64,000 bases of DNA from Candidatus Omnitrophota bacterium (GTDB lineage: Bacteria; Omnitrophota; Omnitrophia; Omnitrophales; Aquincolibacteriaceae), in NCBI GenBank assembly GCA_043821445.1, contig JBDRCT010000013.1, positions 82,149 through 146,148 of the forward strand, written 5' to 3'. The notes under the pieces were generated by a model. That model was not told where the DNA came from. It saw only the letters and a list, made by a program, of their open reading frames with translations, and made no database searches. Each line of letters begins with the position of its first letter. Positions within the stretch are counted from its first letter, which is position 1. The translations under genes and the position numbers were made by a program. Below are positions 28,065 to 38,340 of the stretch, in pieces.

Positions 28065-29464
28065 GACGCCCTTCCCTTCAAGCGGGTATTTACTAAGCGG
28101 ATCCCGTTCTCATCCAGCTGACCGGAAAGAAAAAGCAGCTTTGCGTATTCCACTTCTAAGCCGAAAAGAACCTGTGTAAGTTCTGTCATTGTGGAAAGAT
28201 AAGCACGGCGCATTTCGAGAAGATTCGCGATGGATTTGCGCCCTTCTTGATAGAGTTTGGCGGTAAGATTGCTCGCCTGTTCGGCGTCCTTCGAAGCTTG
28301 TTTCAGCACCGGAAGGTCCATGATGACGGTTTCAAACCGTGTCAACTCACCGGCGAGCCCTTTGGCGATCTCATCACGCAGAGCCTGCCGGTCCGCTTTC
28401 AATTCTTCATAACGATGTTTGGCTCCCTTAATACGGCCGGGAAGGGTCGGATCAAAAAGGTCCATGGTCCCTTTGAACCCCACCGAAAAATCCTGACCGC
28501 CTGTATGCCAATCCGGGGTATGTTCATTAAGGCTCCCAAAACCATAAAACTTCGGGAGAAAAGAAGTCTTCTGCCGAAGGGTTTCAATGCGCTGAGCGTC
28601 GATCATTTGATCCATGGCCGCAAGGTCCTTGCGCTCCTGATAAGCCTTCGCGATCCAGGCCCGAACCTCGCCTTTGTCCTGCACATACTCCGGCAATTTC
28701 CCAGCCGGCTCCCAAATCATTTCCAGGTCTTCGCCCATAAGAATATTCATGAGCATTCTGGAGCTTTTCAACATCGCCTGAGCCCTGTTCCTTTCGCGTT
28801 CGATCCCGGCCGCGATGACCTTTGCGGCATAAAAATCCGCTCCCAAGATCAGGCCTTTCTGATTCAGGTCCTCGGCTTGCTTAAGATCCTTGTCGCTTTG
28901 ATCTTTCATAGCGGCAGTCACTGTAAGAATTTCTTTCGCAAGCAAAATACCCAGGTAGCTCTCAAGCGTCACGATCCCGGCTTCCATCTCAGTAAAATCC
29001 GCTTCGAGGTCCGCGCTTTTGACGAGCCGGCGCGCGGAACGGATCTTGGAGATCGTGTTGAAGGAATCAAAAAGCAGCATCTCCCCTTGCAGCCCGAAGT
29101 GATAGTCCGTGCGGTGGCGAGGATTGTTGAGCTCGCTTAACACAAAATCGTTTTGTGTGAATTTGTTCTGCTGCAGGAGCATGCCAAACACGCCGACCGG
29201 ATCATTGGTGGTCGTCATGGACGCCACGCCTTGGATGTGAGGAAAAAGATCGGCGATGGCAATGTTCCGACCTGCCTTCGCTTGTTCAAGTTGTTCGTAT
29301 CTTTTCTTTAAGGCGGGATAATGCGCCAAAACCTTCCCGTAACAGTCGAGAAAGGTCAGAGCCTCGAACCCCGCCTGCTGCGTCGGCAACCCGGTCTCCT
29401 GCGCAGACACGACCGGAATGGTCAAAAAACAGAGCGCCAAAAAAAAGATGGGTATTTTTTTCAT
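28061..29464 (-). CDS. TolC family outer membrane efflux protein
   Basis: Signal peptide MKKIPIFFLALCFL, two helical repeats, YQEGRKSIANLL; start 29464 or 29479. Confidence 0.85.
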   Translation of the reverse strand: MKKIPIFFLALCFLTIPVVSAQETGLPTQQAGFEALTFLDCYGKVLAHYPALKKRYEQLEQAKAGRNIAIADLFPHIQGVASMTTTNDPVGVFGMLLQQNKFTQNDFVLSELNNPRHRTDYHFGLQGEMLLFDSFNTISKIRSARRLVKSADLEADFTEMEAGIVTLESYLGILLAKEILTVTAAMKDQSDKDLKQAEDLNQKGLILGADFYAAKVIAAGIERERNRAQAMLKSSRMLMNILMGEDLEMIWEPAGKLPEYVQDKGEVRAWIAKAYQERKDLAAMDQMIDAQRIETLRQKTSFLPKFYGFGSLNEHTPDWHTGGQDFSVGFKGTMDLFDPTLPGRIKGAKHRYEELKADRQALRDEIAKGLAGELTRFETVIMDLPVLKQASKDAEQASNLTAKLYQEGRKSIANLLEMRRAYLSTMTELTQVLFGLEVEYAKLLFLSGQLDENGIRLVNTRLKGRAS

Positions 29465-29496
29465 AACATTAACTTTCATTTTAGAAGAAATACTCT

Positions 29497-30543
29497 TCAG
29501 TTGCCATAGTATTTCCGTTTGAACCAAAGCGCCACACTCACGAGGCCGATCAGTACCGGCACTTCCACGAGTGGGCCGATCACCGCTGCGAACGCGACCC
29601 CGGAGTGGATGCCGAACACCGCGACCGCTACCGCGATAGCAAGCTCGAAATTGTTGCTTGCGGCGGTAAAGGACAGCGTGGCAGACTGGCCGTAAGAAGC
29701 GCCTATTTTTTTACTCATAAAAAAAGAGATCAAGAACATGACGACGAAATAAACGAGGAGCGGAATTGCGATCCGCACGACATCCATCGGGATCTTCACG
29801 ATATATTCCCCTTTCATGGAGAACATTACGGCGATCGTAAATAAAAGCGCGGCAAGCGTGATGGGGCTGATCGCCGGAATAAATCTTGTCTCATACCAGG
29901 TTTTGTCTTTGATCTTGAGAAGGACGAATCGCGTCAGCATCCCTGCAAGAAATGGGATGCCGAGATAGATAAAAACGCTTTTGGCGATTTGACCGATTGT
30001 GATGTCCACCACCGCACCGTGCAAACCGAACCAGCGCGGCAGGACCGTGATGAAGACCCATGCGTAAAGGGAGAAAAAAAGCACCTGGAAGATCGAGTTG
30101 AACGCCACGAGCCCCGCACAGTATTCCGTATCCCCTTCGGCCAAGTCGTTCCAGACAATGACCATCGCAATGCAGCGAGCGAGGCCGATCATGATGAGCC
30201 CGATCATGTATTCCGGATAGCCGCGCAGAAACGTGATCGCCAGCACGAACATCAAAATGGGACCGATCACCCAGTTCTGGACGAGGGACAGCAGCAGGAC
30301 TTTCGTGTTCTTGAACACATCACCGAGCTCTTCATATTTCACTTTGGCGAGAGGAGGATACATCATCAAAATGAGCCCTATGGCGATCGGAATATTGGTC
30401 GTGCCCACCTGGAACTTGTTCCAGAATCCCACGACCGGCGGATAAAGATACCCCGCCGCGACACCGATCCCCATGCTGAGAAAGATCCAAAGTGTCAAAA
30501 ACCGGTCTAAAAATGACAGCTGCTTCTTATGACATTCGCTCAT
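29497..30543 (-). CDS. acr3: ACR3 family arsenite efflux transporter
   Basis: [53 protein letters not shown]. Confidence 0.96.
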   Translation of the reverse strand: MSECHKKQLSFLDRFLTLWIFLSMGIGVAAGYLYPPVVGFWNKFQVGTTNIPIAIGLILMMYPPLAKVKYEELGDVFKNTKVLLLSLVQNWVIGPILMFVLAITFLRGYPEYMIGLIMIGLARCIAMVIVWNDLAEGDTEYCAGLVAFNSIFQVLFFSLYAWVFITVLPRWFGLHGAVVDITIGQIAKSVFIYLGIPFLAGMLTRFVLLKIKDKTWYETRFIPAISPITLAALLFTIAVMFSMKGEYIVKIPMDVVRIAIPLLVYFVVMFLISFFMSKKIGASYGQSATLSFTAASNNFELAIAVAVAVFGIHSGVAFAAVIGPLVEVPVLIGLVSVALWFKRKYYGN

Positions 30544-31238
30544 AAGTTCCCTCCTTGGAGCCAATAAGCCCAGACGTAATAAATACCCGCGCCGATGAAG
30601 ATCACGCCTGTCATCTTGCGCGTATAAAGTTCGATCTTGGTCAACCTGTGGAACCAATGGCTCAAAGATGTCACGCCAAGAGCTATCGCCACGGCAAACG
30701 CCAACACAGGCAGGCCGGTGCCAATTCCATAAATGAACGGCAGGAGTGCGCCCACCGGATGATTAAGCGCCAAAGGAATGAGACTTCCGAAAAAAAGCGC
30801 CGCAGACACGGGACAGAACGCGAGAGCGAAAATAAAACCGAGCAGAAAAGCTCCAGGCGCACCGGACTCGGCGAGTTTATTGTGATGCTTTTGGGAAAGA
30901 GAAAGGCCGGGCAAGCGGACAGTCATGATCTCAAGAAGCAGCAATCCCGTTACGATCAAAAGCGGTCCTAGCACCTTCCCCATGTATCTCTGGAGAAATA
31001 GAGCGGTCTGCGGGACGCTCACAAGAGAATGTATAATGATCCATCCCAGGACGGCGTAGGAGACCACTCTTCCGAACGTATACGCCAAACCCGAAATGAA
31101 AACGGCAGCCGGATGCGCGATCTTTTTTGACAGAAAAGAGACCGCCGCGATGTTCGAGGCCAAAGGACAGGGACTGATCGAGGTTAGAATCCCCAGCCAA
31201 AGCGCAGAAAACCAGCCGACCCAGAATTGATCCATCAC
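30540..31238 (-). CDS. DsbD/CcdA-like membrane protein (ArsG-type)
   Basis: [33 protein letters not shown]. Confidence 0.85.
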   Translation of the reverse strand: MMDQFWVGWFSALWLGILTSISPCPLASNIAAVSFLSKKIAHPAAVFISGLAYTFGRVVSYAVLGWIIIHSLVSVPQTALFLQRYMGKVLGPLLIVTGLLLLEIMTVRLPGLSLSQKHHNKLAESGAPGAFLLGFIFALAFCPVSAALFFGSLIPLALNHPVGALLPFIYGIGTGLPVLAFAVAIALGVTSLSHWFHRLTKIELYTRKMTGVIFIGAGIYYVWAYWLQGGNL

Positions 31239-31669
31239 GCCTCCTTCAGGAAGGCGGCGACTTCATCCCGCACATAATTCTCGTACCGGTCTTTATTGCG
31301 AACATATTCCCAGATCTTGTCGAGGTTCTTGGAACGGATTTCTTTGCCATCTTTTGTGAGAGAGAGAATAACGGATTTGGTGTAGAGCTGATAATCCTTC
31401 GCAAAATGCTCGTTGCCCTTACTCTCGACATTCACGACCCTAAACGCGAGCTTCCCGGAAGCCAAAGCTTCCTTAAAATTACTCTCAATGGCCTCTTGGG
31501 CATACTGCTCCAATTTTTTGCAAGTCGGACAACGAAAAGTTCCGTGAAAATAATAAGCTGTGACAACACCGCCTGCGGACACTTCCTCGGCCATGACAGG
31601 AGAAGTCCCGAAGCATAAATGACTTGCCAGTGCAACAGCTATCAGCAAAAGGAGAGTGTGTTTTTTCAT
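31235..31669 (-). CDS. Exported thioredoxin-like protein (ArsF-type)
   Basis: Signal peptide, YYFHGTFRCPTCKKLE, KNLDKIW. Confidence 0.85.
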   Translation of the reverse strand: MKKHTLLLLIAVALASHLCFGTSPVMAEEVSAGGVVTAYYFHGTFRCPTCKKLEQYAQEAIESNFKEALASGKLAFRVVNVESKGNEHFAKDYQLYTKSVILSLTKDGKEIRSKNLDKIWEYVRNKDRYENYVRDEVAAFLKEA

Positions 31670-31678
31670 GGGTCCCTT

Positions 31679-31912
31679 TTATTTCGCAAGGATCTTTTTG
31701 ATCTCGTTTGTGTTTAACAGCTTTCCCGTCGAAACCACCGTGCCGTCGACCACCACGGCAGGAGTCATCATTACGCCATAGCCGGTAATCGCATCGATGT
31801 CTGTCACCTTAACGATCTCAGCCTGAATGTTAAGCTCCTTAACCGCCGCTTCCGCGTTCGCGGTAAGTTGTTCGCATTTCGGACAACCTGTTCCAAGAAT
31901 TTCTATTTTCAC
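31679..31912 (-). CDS. Small redox-active disulfide protein (thioredoxin family)
   Basis: MKIEILGTGCPKC, YGVMMTPAVVVDG. Confidence 0.92.
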   Translation of the reverse strand: MKIEILGTGCPKCEQLTANAEAAVKELNIQAEIVKVTDIDAITGYGVMMTPAVVVDGTVVSTGKLLNTNEIKKILAK

Positions 31913-32712
31913 AGCCCACCTCCGGTGTTTTTTTCTTTTACAGCTGAAACTTTGATGCTAGCTACTGTGCCTTCAGCATTTCTGAGATCTTCGAACATCG
32001 TATCCACGGGATAACTTGCTTCGCTGATCACCTTAACATTCTGGAATCCCGCCACTTCGATGCACCTCAAATATTGATCCTTTTTGATCGCCCCGGCAAG
32101 GCACCCTACATAAGCATTGATCGATTCTTTCAGAGCCTTCGGCAGTTCCCGAGTCAGCACCAGATCGGAAACCATCAGCCTACCCCCGGGTTTTAACACC
32201 CTAAAAGCCTCTTTAAAGACTTTCTCTTTTTCCGGAGAGAGGTTAATGACGCAATTGGAGATAATGAGATCCACGGACTGATCTTCAACGGGAAGCACTT
32301 CGATCTCGCCCAAACGGAACTCCACGTTCTCATACTCCCCTTTCCCGGCATTTTCTTTGGCCTTCGCAATCATTTCGGGCGTCATATCAACACCGATCAC
32401 GCGGCCGGCTTTACCGACCTTCTTCGCCGCAAGAAAAACATCGAATCCGGCCCCACAACCAAGATCCAGCACCACATCGCCCTCTTTAATAGCCGCAAAA
32501 GCTACGGGATTGCCGCACCCGAATCCCAAATTCGCGCCTTTGGGAACCGCATTTATGTCTGTATCGCTATACCCGATCTTTTCGCTTATCGCCTTTGCCT
32601 GACTTACGTTTCCGCAGCACGAACCGGACGAACAACACCCGATATGCTGTTCAAGAGCCTTGGCATAACCCTTGCGGACTATTTTTTTTATTTTGTCAGT
32701 GCTTTTTCCCAT
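31909..32712 (-). CDS. arsM: Arsenite methyltransferase
   Basis: ANLGFGCGNP, VLDLGCGAGFD, GVDMTPEM, IISNCVINLSP, GCLAGA. Confidence 0.88.
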   Translation of the reverse strand: MGKSTDKIKKIVRKGYAKALEQHIGCCSSGSCCGNVSQAKAISEKIGYSDTDINAVPKGANLGFGCGNPVAFAAIKEGDVVLDLGCGAGFDVFLAAKKVGKAGRVIGVDMTPEMIAKAKENAGKGEYENVEFRLGEIEVLPVEDQSVDLIISNCVINLSPEKEKVFKEAFRVLKPGGRLMVSDLVLTRELPKALKESINAYVGCLAGAIKKDQYLRCIEVAGFQNVKVISEASYPVDTMFEDLRNAEGTVASIKVSAVKEKNTGGGL

Positions 32713-32721
32713 AGTTTTCTC

Positions 32722-33894
32722 CTAAATAACAATAGCGCCGAAAATCATGCCGCTAATCGTTGCCATCACTACGACGAGACAGACATAAACGGCGGTCTTT
32801 TTGGTTCCGATCACACTGCGAATCACGAGCATGCTGGGAAGGCTCAACGCAGGCCCCGCAAGAAGAAGCGCCAATGCGGGACCTTTCCCCATTCCGGAAC
32901 CGATGAGACCTTGGAGAATAGGCACTTCGGTCAGCGTGGCGAAATACATGAACGCCGCGACGATGGATGAAAAGAAATTGGCTCTCAAGGAGTTTCCGCC
33001 CACCAGGGCCGCTACATATTTCGAGGGAATGACACCTTCGTGCCCCACCCGCCCAAGCAAGAAACCGGAGATCAGGACACCTCCCAAAAGAAGCGGTAGA
33101 ATTTGAAGCGCGAAAGTCCAGGAGGCAGAGGTCCATTCCTTCAGTTCTTCTTTTTCGAACCACTTAATGAGCATGATCGCAAGCACGGCCAGGGAAATCC
33201 CGGAGATCCACCACCTATATTGGTAGATCAGGGCCCACGTTCCATGATCTCCTTCAAGGGGCTTGCCCCAATTCGCAAAAACAAGAAACGCGATCATCGA
33301 AAAAAAATAAAGGACCGTTTTGCCTAAGGACCGTGTTTCTTTGACCTCTCCTACATTAAAATCACCGCTTACCTGACGCGCTTGTTCTTCTTTGAGAAAG
33401 ATAAAATGCATCAAGAGCCCGATCACGACGCTAAAGATCACAGCCCCCACAGCTCTTGCCAATCCGAGCTGCCAGCCGAGAATACGGGCTGTCAGGATGA
33501 TCGCAAGAACGTTGATGGCAGGACCCGAATAAAGAAAGGCTATCGCCGGGCCGAGGCCCGATCCCCTTTTATAGATCCCCGAAAAAAGCGGCAGAACGGT
33601 GCAAGAACAGACGGCCAAGATCGTTCCCGAAACCGAGGCAACGCTGTAAGAAAGAAATTTATTGGCTTTGGCTCCGAAGCATTTCATGACGGATGCTTGG
33701 CTGACGAACACAGAAATGGCACCGGCAATAAAAAACGCCGGAACAAGGCAAAGGATCACGTGCTCACGAGCATACCATTTGACAAGAGCGAGAGCTTCAA
33801 AGATAGCGTTCGTGAAACGAAGATTTTCGACCGGAAGATAAAAACACGCTAAAAATCCTGCTAAGACATAAAGAACTTTTTTCCATTCATTCAT
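32722..33894 (-). CDS. ArsP/DUF318 family permease
   Basis: HVILCLVPAFFIAG, LAVCSCTVLPLF, FLYSGPAIN, MYFATLTEVP, GPALSLPS. Confidence 0.9.
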   Translation of the reverse strand: MNEWKKVLYVLAGFLACFYLPVENLRFTNAIFEALALVKWYAREHVILCLVPAFFIAGAISVFVSQASVMKCFGAKANKFLSYSVASVSGTILAVCSCTVLPLFSGIYKRGSGLGPAIAFLYSGPAINVLAIILTARILGWQLGLARAVGAVIFSVVIGLLMHFIFLKEEQARQVSGDFNVGEVKETRSLGKTVLYFFSMIAFLVFANWGKPLEGDHGTWALIYQYRWWISGISLAVLAIMLIKWFEKEELKEWTSASWTFALQILPLLLGGVLISGFLLGRVGHEGVIPSKYVAALVGGNSLRANFFSSIVAAFMYFATLTEVPILQGLIGSGMGKGPALALLLAGPALSLPSMLVIRSVIGTKKTAVYVCLVVVMATISGMIFGAIVI

Positions 33895-34196
33895 GATTTA
33901 CTCCTTCGAACGGCCTGGCAGCAGCCCCCTTCGATTTTAATGCCATGGTGGTGGACAAGGGCGTTCGCGATTTTTTTTCGAGCTGCGGTCAGAATGCGGG
34001 AAACTGTGGAGCGATGCACTTTCATTTTCCGGGCGGCGGCGTCCTGCTCAAGACGCTTACCATCGCAAAGCCACAGGGCCTCAAGTTCATCCAAAGTGAT
34101 CTTCGTTACAATAATATCCTTGCATGGAACATGGACCGGGCGGAAACACCGGTCCCCCGGCTTACAGCCAACGTATCTTGTTTTCTTAGGACGCAT
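33891..34196 (-). CDS. DUF134 (UPF0251) HTH regulator
   Basis: MRPKK.R, FRP, DELEAL.LCD...LEQ.AAA.KM.VHRSTV.RIL..ARKKIA.ALV. Confidence 0.9.
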   Translation of the reverse strand: MRPKKTRYVGCKPGDRCFRPVHVPCKDIIVTKITLDELEALWLCDGKRLEQDAAARKMKVHRSTVSRILTAARKKIANALVHHHGIKIEGGCCQAVRRSKS

Positions 34197-34208
34197 AGAA
34201 CACCTTAG

Positions 34209-34252
34209 TTATGCACATATGTGCATAATACAAGGGCAAGATGATTTGTCAA
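34209..34252 (-). promoter_or_regulatory. Promoter plus perfect 20-bp palindromic operator ahead of DUF134 gene 1
   Basis: TTGACA-N16-TATTAT overlapping TTATGCACATATGTGCATAA (34209-34228). Confidence 0.8.
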
Positions 34253-34273
34253 ATATTTTTGAAATTTAAAAGG

Positions 34274-35188
34274 TCAGGTTAGGAATGCGACGCTGAAAAT
34301 GCCGGATGTGGTCTGGGTCTTGTTGCTCCCAAGAACATCCTGCTGGACGCCCAGTTCAAACCGCAAATGATCGCCCAGTGGCATAATGACGCCCAGCACC
34401 AAGCTCACCAGATTGGCGGTCTGTCCTTGCCCTGCGAAATCGTGCAGATAGATCAATTCGGCTTCCGGCTGCAACCACCAGAACACCTGATAGCCTGCCG
34501 CGAAATTCGCGTGTGCCGTCCCATAATAATGATTCGTCCGCTCCCAATGCGCGAGCGGAGCATTGTAACCCAGATTCACGGTCCCGTTCCACCGGCCGAT
34601 GTCTTTGGTGAACGCGAAGGAGTTATCCAGGCTGGTGTAACCCTGGCTGGCGCCGAGGTGATCGAGATTGCTGCGCCGTCCGGTGGGAATGAAGATCGTG
34701 GGCATATACGCGATCTCGAGTTTCTTCTCTGCGGAATCATAGAAACGCCACTTGCCAGCCACGCCGAGATCGCCCCAGCCGAACCCGTGCGAAGGCCCCT
34801 CGGTCTCATCTTCCAGTCTCTCCCCCGTATCCGGGTCCGACAGATCCCTGAACTCATCATAGTTGTTCTCTTTGTCCAAAGTATGCTGGAACCAATTGAT
34901 GATCCCGACATCGATATCTTTATAGACCCCGACCGTTACCTGGCTTTCCCATACCTGGGCCAGATAAGTTCCCCGGTTCTCTCTCGCGCCGTTCGACTTC
35001 CAGGCGAATTTGCCTCCCTGGAGCACATAAGAGCCCCACACCTCGACTTGCCCGGGATCATTTGGCGTGGCATCCGTGGTCACGACTTTGGAATGTTCCT
35101 CGATCGCCAGATTGTCCGCAACGTGCGTCGCGTAAAGAGGGCTTGAAACGGTAAGCAGCAAGCATAGAAAAAGAAGGTTTCGCGTCAT
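34274..35188 (-). CDS. Putative outer-membrane beta-barrel channel, paralogue 1 (end of the fur-feo operon)
   Basis: Signal peptide, alternating-strand pattern, IPTG motif, terminal VAFLT; strongly similar to 41570-42511. Confidence 0.7.
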   Translation of the reverse strand: MTRNLLFLCLLLTVSSPLYATHVADNLAIEEHSKVVTTDATPNDPGQVEVWGSYVLQGGKFAWKSNGARENRGTYLAQVWESQVTVGVYKDIDVGIINWFQHTLDKENNYDEFRDLSDPDTGERLEDETEGPSHGFGWGDLGVAGKWRFYDSAEKKLEIAYMPTIFIPTGRRSNLDHLGASQGYTSLDNSFAFTKDIGRWNGTVNLGYNAPLAHWERTNHYYGTAHANFAAGYQVFWWLQPEAELIYLHDFAGQGQTANLVSLVLGVIMPLGDHLRFELGVQQDVLGSNKTQTTSGIFSVAFLT

Positions 35189-35358
35189 GTTTTTTCCTCC
35201 GGTTTTGAGGTGCTGTCTTTTTTTTCTAATTTTTGCCTGCCCGCGGGCAGGCAATCGGGGCCGCAGCGCCCTCCGCCCTTTTTGCCAAAAAAACAACGTA
35301 GCGCAAGAAGAGCCGCCAATGCCACAACGCTTAATGCAATGGTCTCATTAGTTTCCAT
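35185..35358 (-). CDS. FeoB-associated small Cys-containing membrane protein, 57 aa
   Basis: Not in the ORF track: METNETIALSVVALAALLALRCFFGKKGGGRCGPDCLPAGRQKLEK...; follows feoB, ATGA-coupled to the next gene. Confidence 0.75.
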   Translation of the reverse strand: METNETIALSVVALAALLALRCFFGKKGGGRCGPDCLPAGRQKLEKKDSTSKPEEKT

Positions 35359-35379
35359 AGTTGTCCTCTTTTCTGTTTA

Positions 35380-37605
35380 TTATTCGAATCCCAAAAGCCG
35401 ACCGCCTTGGTAGACTACAAAAGAAGCCGACCATGCAAGGCCGGTCATGTAAAGAATCATGAAGAACATCCAGCCCCAAGACCCGGTTTCGCGCTTCACG
35501 ATCGCAAAGGTCGAGAAACACTGACAGGCTAGCACGTAGAAGACCATGAGAGAAAGCGCCACAAGCGGCGTGTAACTAGGTTTTCCGGTGATAGGCGAAC
35601 GCTGCTTTTGAAGCGCCTGAATGAGACCGACGGTCATACCCTCGCCTTGGGTCTCGACGTGATGCACGATCGCAAGCGTACTGATCAAAAGCTCGCGCGC
35701 CGCGAACGAAGCCACGATCCCGATGCCGATCTCCCAGTTAAAACCCAAAGGGCGGATGGCCGGTTCGATGGCTTTCCCGAGAGACCCGGCAAAACTTGAC
35801 CGGATCTGAAGATTCTTTTGCTCATGCTCGATGGCATCAAGACGCTCCTCTAGGGCTTCTCCGCTCAGCACTGATGAAGCTTGCTGCTGCGCGAGCTCAA
35901 AACGTGTCTGGGCTGCGGGATCTTTCGGATAGCTCACGCAAAACCAGAGCACGATCGACAGCAGGAAAATGATACCGCCCGCCCGGGTGATGAATTCCTT
36001 GGCGCGGTCCCACATGGTACCCAACACGGTTTTGAGATGCGGAACGCGGTAAGGCGGCAGTTCAAACACGAACGGCATCCTGTTCCCTTTGAGGAATGTT
36101 TTCCTGAAGAGCGCGGCGATCCCCAGTCCGGCTCCGATACTCAAGAGATAAAGCCCGAGAAGCGTCACTCCTTGGAGATGCAAAAGATGGAACACGTGAA
36201 TGTTCGGGATGAATGCCGCGATCAAAAGCGTGTAAACGGGAAGCCTGGCGCTGCAACTCATAAGAGGTGCCACGAGGATCGTCGCGAGCCGGTCGCTGCG
36301 GTCTTCGATCGTACGTGTCGCAAGCACTCCGGGGACCGTGCACGCAAAAGAACTCAAGAGCGGCAAGAACACCTTTCCGTTCAGCCCTACTTTTTTCATA
36401 AGCTTGTCGAGCACGAACACTGCGCGTGCCATATAGCCCGTATCTTCAAAAAGCGCGATAAAAAAGAAAAGCAGGAAAATCTGCGGCAAAAAAACGATCA
36501 CATTCCCGACGCCCGCGATGATACCGTCCACCACAAGGCTTCGAAGGGCCCCCTCCGGAAGCCACGCTTGAGCGAGACCGCCCAGCTTTTCAATAACCCG
36601 GGAAAGAAGGTCCATCGGCGCTTGCGCCCAGGAGAAGATCGATTGGAAGATGACACCCATGATCACGATGAAAGCTCCAAGGCCCCAAACGCGGTGCGTC
36701 AGGATCCTGTCAAGCCGATCCGAAAAAGCCGGGACCTTGCGGGACGCGCGCCGGACGACTTGAGCACAAAGATCATCGATCGCCCGGTACCGGCATTCCG
36801 GTTCCACGGAGGTCCAATCGATCCCGCTTTGCTTGAGTGAGGACCGGACGCTCAAAACCTCCGTCCTCAAAAGATCCCCCGTTTTCATGTCTTTGAAAAA
36901 AGGGCTCCGAAAAAGTCGGTCCGGCAAAAGCCTCAAGGCCTCCCCAAAAACCGCCCCCGGACGGTCCCTCAAACGGCTTTCGATCAGGGCTACGATTTTA
37001 TCGAGTTCGGTCTTCAGCCCCTCGGGTAAGAACGGCCCCAGGGAAAACTTTGCCTGCTGAGCGACCGGATTAAGAAGTGTCAGCGCGATCGTCTGCTGAA
37101 GTCTTGCGATCCCTTCACGCTCCATGCCAATAGTCGCCACACAAGGGACGCCCGTGAGCTCTGATAACCTTTCGAGATCGACCGCCATTCCGTTCCTTTG
37201 AGCCATATCCCACATATTCAGCACTAAAATCGCGGGGATCCCGGTTTCCAAGACTTGCGTCGCCAAATAAAGATTTCTCTCGAGATTATTGGCGTCGAGG
37301 ATCACGAGCACGAGATCCGGAGGCGGCGTATCCTTCCTTATCCCCAACAAAACATCATGAACGACCTCCTCGTCCAAGGAACGCGGCAAAAGACTGTAAG
37401 CGCCCGGAAGGTCCAGTACCGCTATCTCTTCACCTCCGGGGAATTGCATCCGTCCCATTCTCTTCTCGACCGTCACGCCGGGATAATTGGCCGTGCTATG
37501 ACGGAGACCGGTCAGGGCGTTAAAGATCGTGGTTTTCCCCGTGTTCGGATTCCCGACCAGAGCGATCTCCCTGCGTTTTTCTCCCGGATCATTTTCCGTC
37601 ATCAT
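35380..37605 (-). CDS. feoB: Ferrous iron transporter B
   Basis: GNPNTGKT, NYPGVTVE, DLPGAYSL, LERNLYL, EDTGYMAR, MSCSARLP, FELPPYR. Confidence 0.97.
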   Translation of the reverse strand: MMTENDPGEKRREIALVGNPNTGKTTIFNALTGLRHSTANYPGVTVEKRMGRMQFPGGEEIAVLDLPGAYSLLPRSLDEEVVHDVLLGIRKDTPPPDLVLVILDANNLERNLYLATQVLETGIPAILVLNMWDMAQRNGMAVDLERLSELTGVPCVATIGMEREGIARLQQTIALTLLNPVAQQAKFSLGPFLPEGLKTELDKIVALIESRLRDRPGAVFGEALRLLPDRLFRSPFFKDMKTGDLLRTEVLSVRSSLKQSGIDWTSVEPECRYRAIDDLCAQVVRRASRKVPAFSDRLDRILTHRVWGLGAFIVIMGVIFQSIFSWAQAPMDLLSRVIEKLGGLAQAWLPEGALRSLVVDGIIAGVGNVIVFLPQIFLLFFFIALFEDTGYMARAVFVLDKLMKKVGLNGKVFLPLLSSFACTVPGVLATRTIEDRSDRLATILVAPLMSCSARLPVYTLLIAAFIPNIHVFHLLHLQGVTLLGLYLLSIGAGLGIAALFRKTFLKGNRMPFVFELPPYRVPHLKTVLGTMWDRAKEFITRAGGIIFLLSIVLWFCVSYPKDPAAQTRFELAQQQASSVLSGEALEERLDAIEHEQKNLQIRSSFAGSLGKAIEPAIRPLGFNWEIGIGIVASFAARELLISTLAIVHHVETQGEGMTVGLIQALQKQRSPITGKPSYTPLVALSLMVFYVLACQCFSTFAIVKRETGSWGWMFFMILYMTGLAWSASFVVYQGGRLLGFE

Positions 37606-37840
37606 ATTCCGCCTTTTGAACAAGTATTTTTGAGGCGTCCTGCTTCCGGATCGAGAGGCTGTACCCCCGGAGCACGACCTCCATGGGGTCGCCCAGCGGC
37701 GCAAAACGCTTCACCAGGATCCTCGTGCCATGGACGAGGCCGAGCTCTTTAAGCCGGTAGTGGAGGTCTTCTTCTCCTTGGTAGCCCTGGACAACACCCC
37801 ACTCCCCGGCTTTCAATTGATCGAGAGTGATGCGATTCAT
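37589..37840 (-). CDS. feoA: Ferrous iron transport protein A
   Basis: RLKELGLVHG, APLGDP, RGYSLSIRK. Confidence 0.95.
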   Translation of the reverse strand: MNRITLDQLKAGEWGVVQGYQGEEDLHYRLKELGLVHGTRILVKRFAPLGDPMEVVLRGYSLSIRKQDASKILVQKAEYDDGK

Positions 37841-38265
37841 TTCCGGCATTTTTTGCAAAGCCCCACAAGTTGATGACAATGGTGCTCCAATTTAAAACGG
37901 TACTTTTCCGCAACGCGGCGTTGCGCCTTCTCGATCTGGGGGTCCTTGAACTCCACGATCTTCTCACACTCGCGGCAGATCAAGTGATCGTGGTGGGCCT
38001 TGAAATACCCGCATTCATAATAAGTGTCGCGACTCGTCCGGAAACTTTGCGCGACCACACCTGCCTCAAGAAGGATCGGAAGATTCCGGTAGACCGTGTC
38101 CCGCGAGACCTTCAGCCCTTGCTTCTTCAGACAGGAAACAAGGATATCCACGTTGAAATGCCCGCGCTGATGCCTGATCCCCTCGATCAGTTTGAGCCGT
38201 TCCCCCGTCAGACGGCATCCTTTGCCTCGGATAAACCCTTCGAATTCTTTTTGATTTTTGATCAC
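37837..38265 (-). CDS. fur: Fur family transcriptional regulator
   Basis: VSRDTVYRNL, HHDHLICRECEKIVEF, GLCKKC. Confidence 0.93.
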   Translation of the reverse strand: MIKNQKEFEGFIRGKGCRLTGERLKLIEGIRHQRGHFNVDILVSCLKKQGLKVSRDTVYRNLPILLEAGVVAQSFRTSRDTYYECGYFKAHHDHLICRECEKIVEFKDPQIEKAQRRVAEKYRFKLEHHCHQLVGLCKKCRK

Positions 38266-38280
38266 GGAGAGAGGATCCTC

Positions 38281-38337
38281 TTATTAAGATTAAGTCTGAA
38301 TAAGCGGGAGTGTAGCGGAAGGACCGCGGTATGTCAA
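38281..38337 (-). promoter_or_regulatory. fur promoter and Fur-box-like palindrome
   Basis: TTGACA-N17-TACACT (38337-38309); imperfect palindrome TTATTAAGATTAAGTCTGAATAA at 38281-38303. Confidence 0.65.
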
Positions 38338-38340
38338 CGC

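Noticed and set aside
25431-36840. Several ~300-aa plus-strand ORFs (25431, 26493, 28247, 35881)
   Set aside because: Antisense shadows of RND, TolC and FeoB in GC-rich coding DNA.
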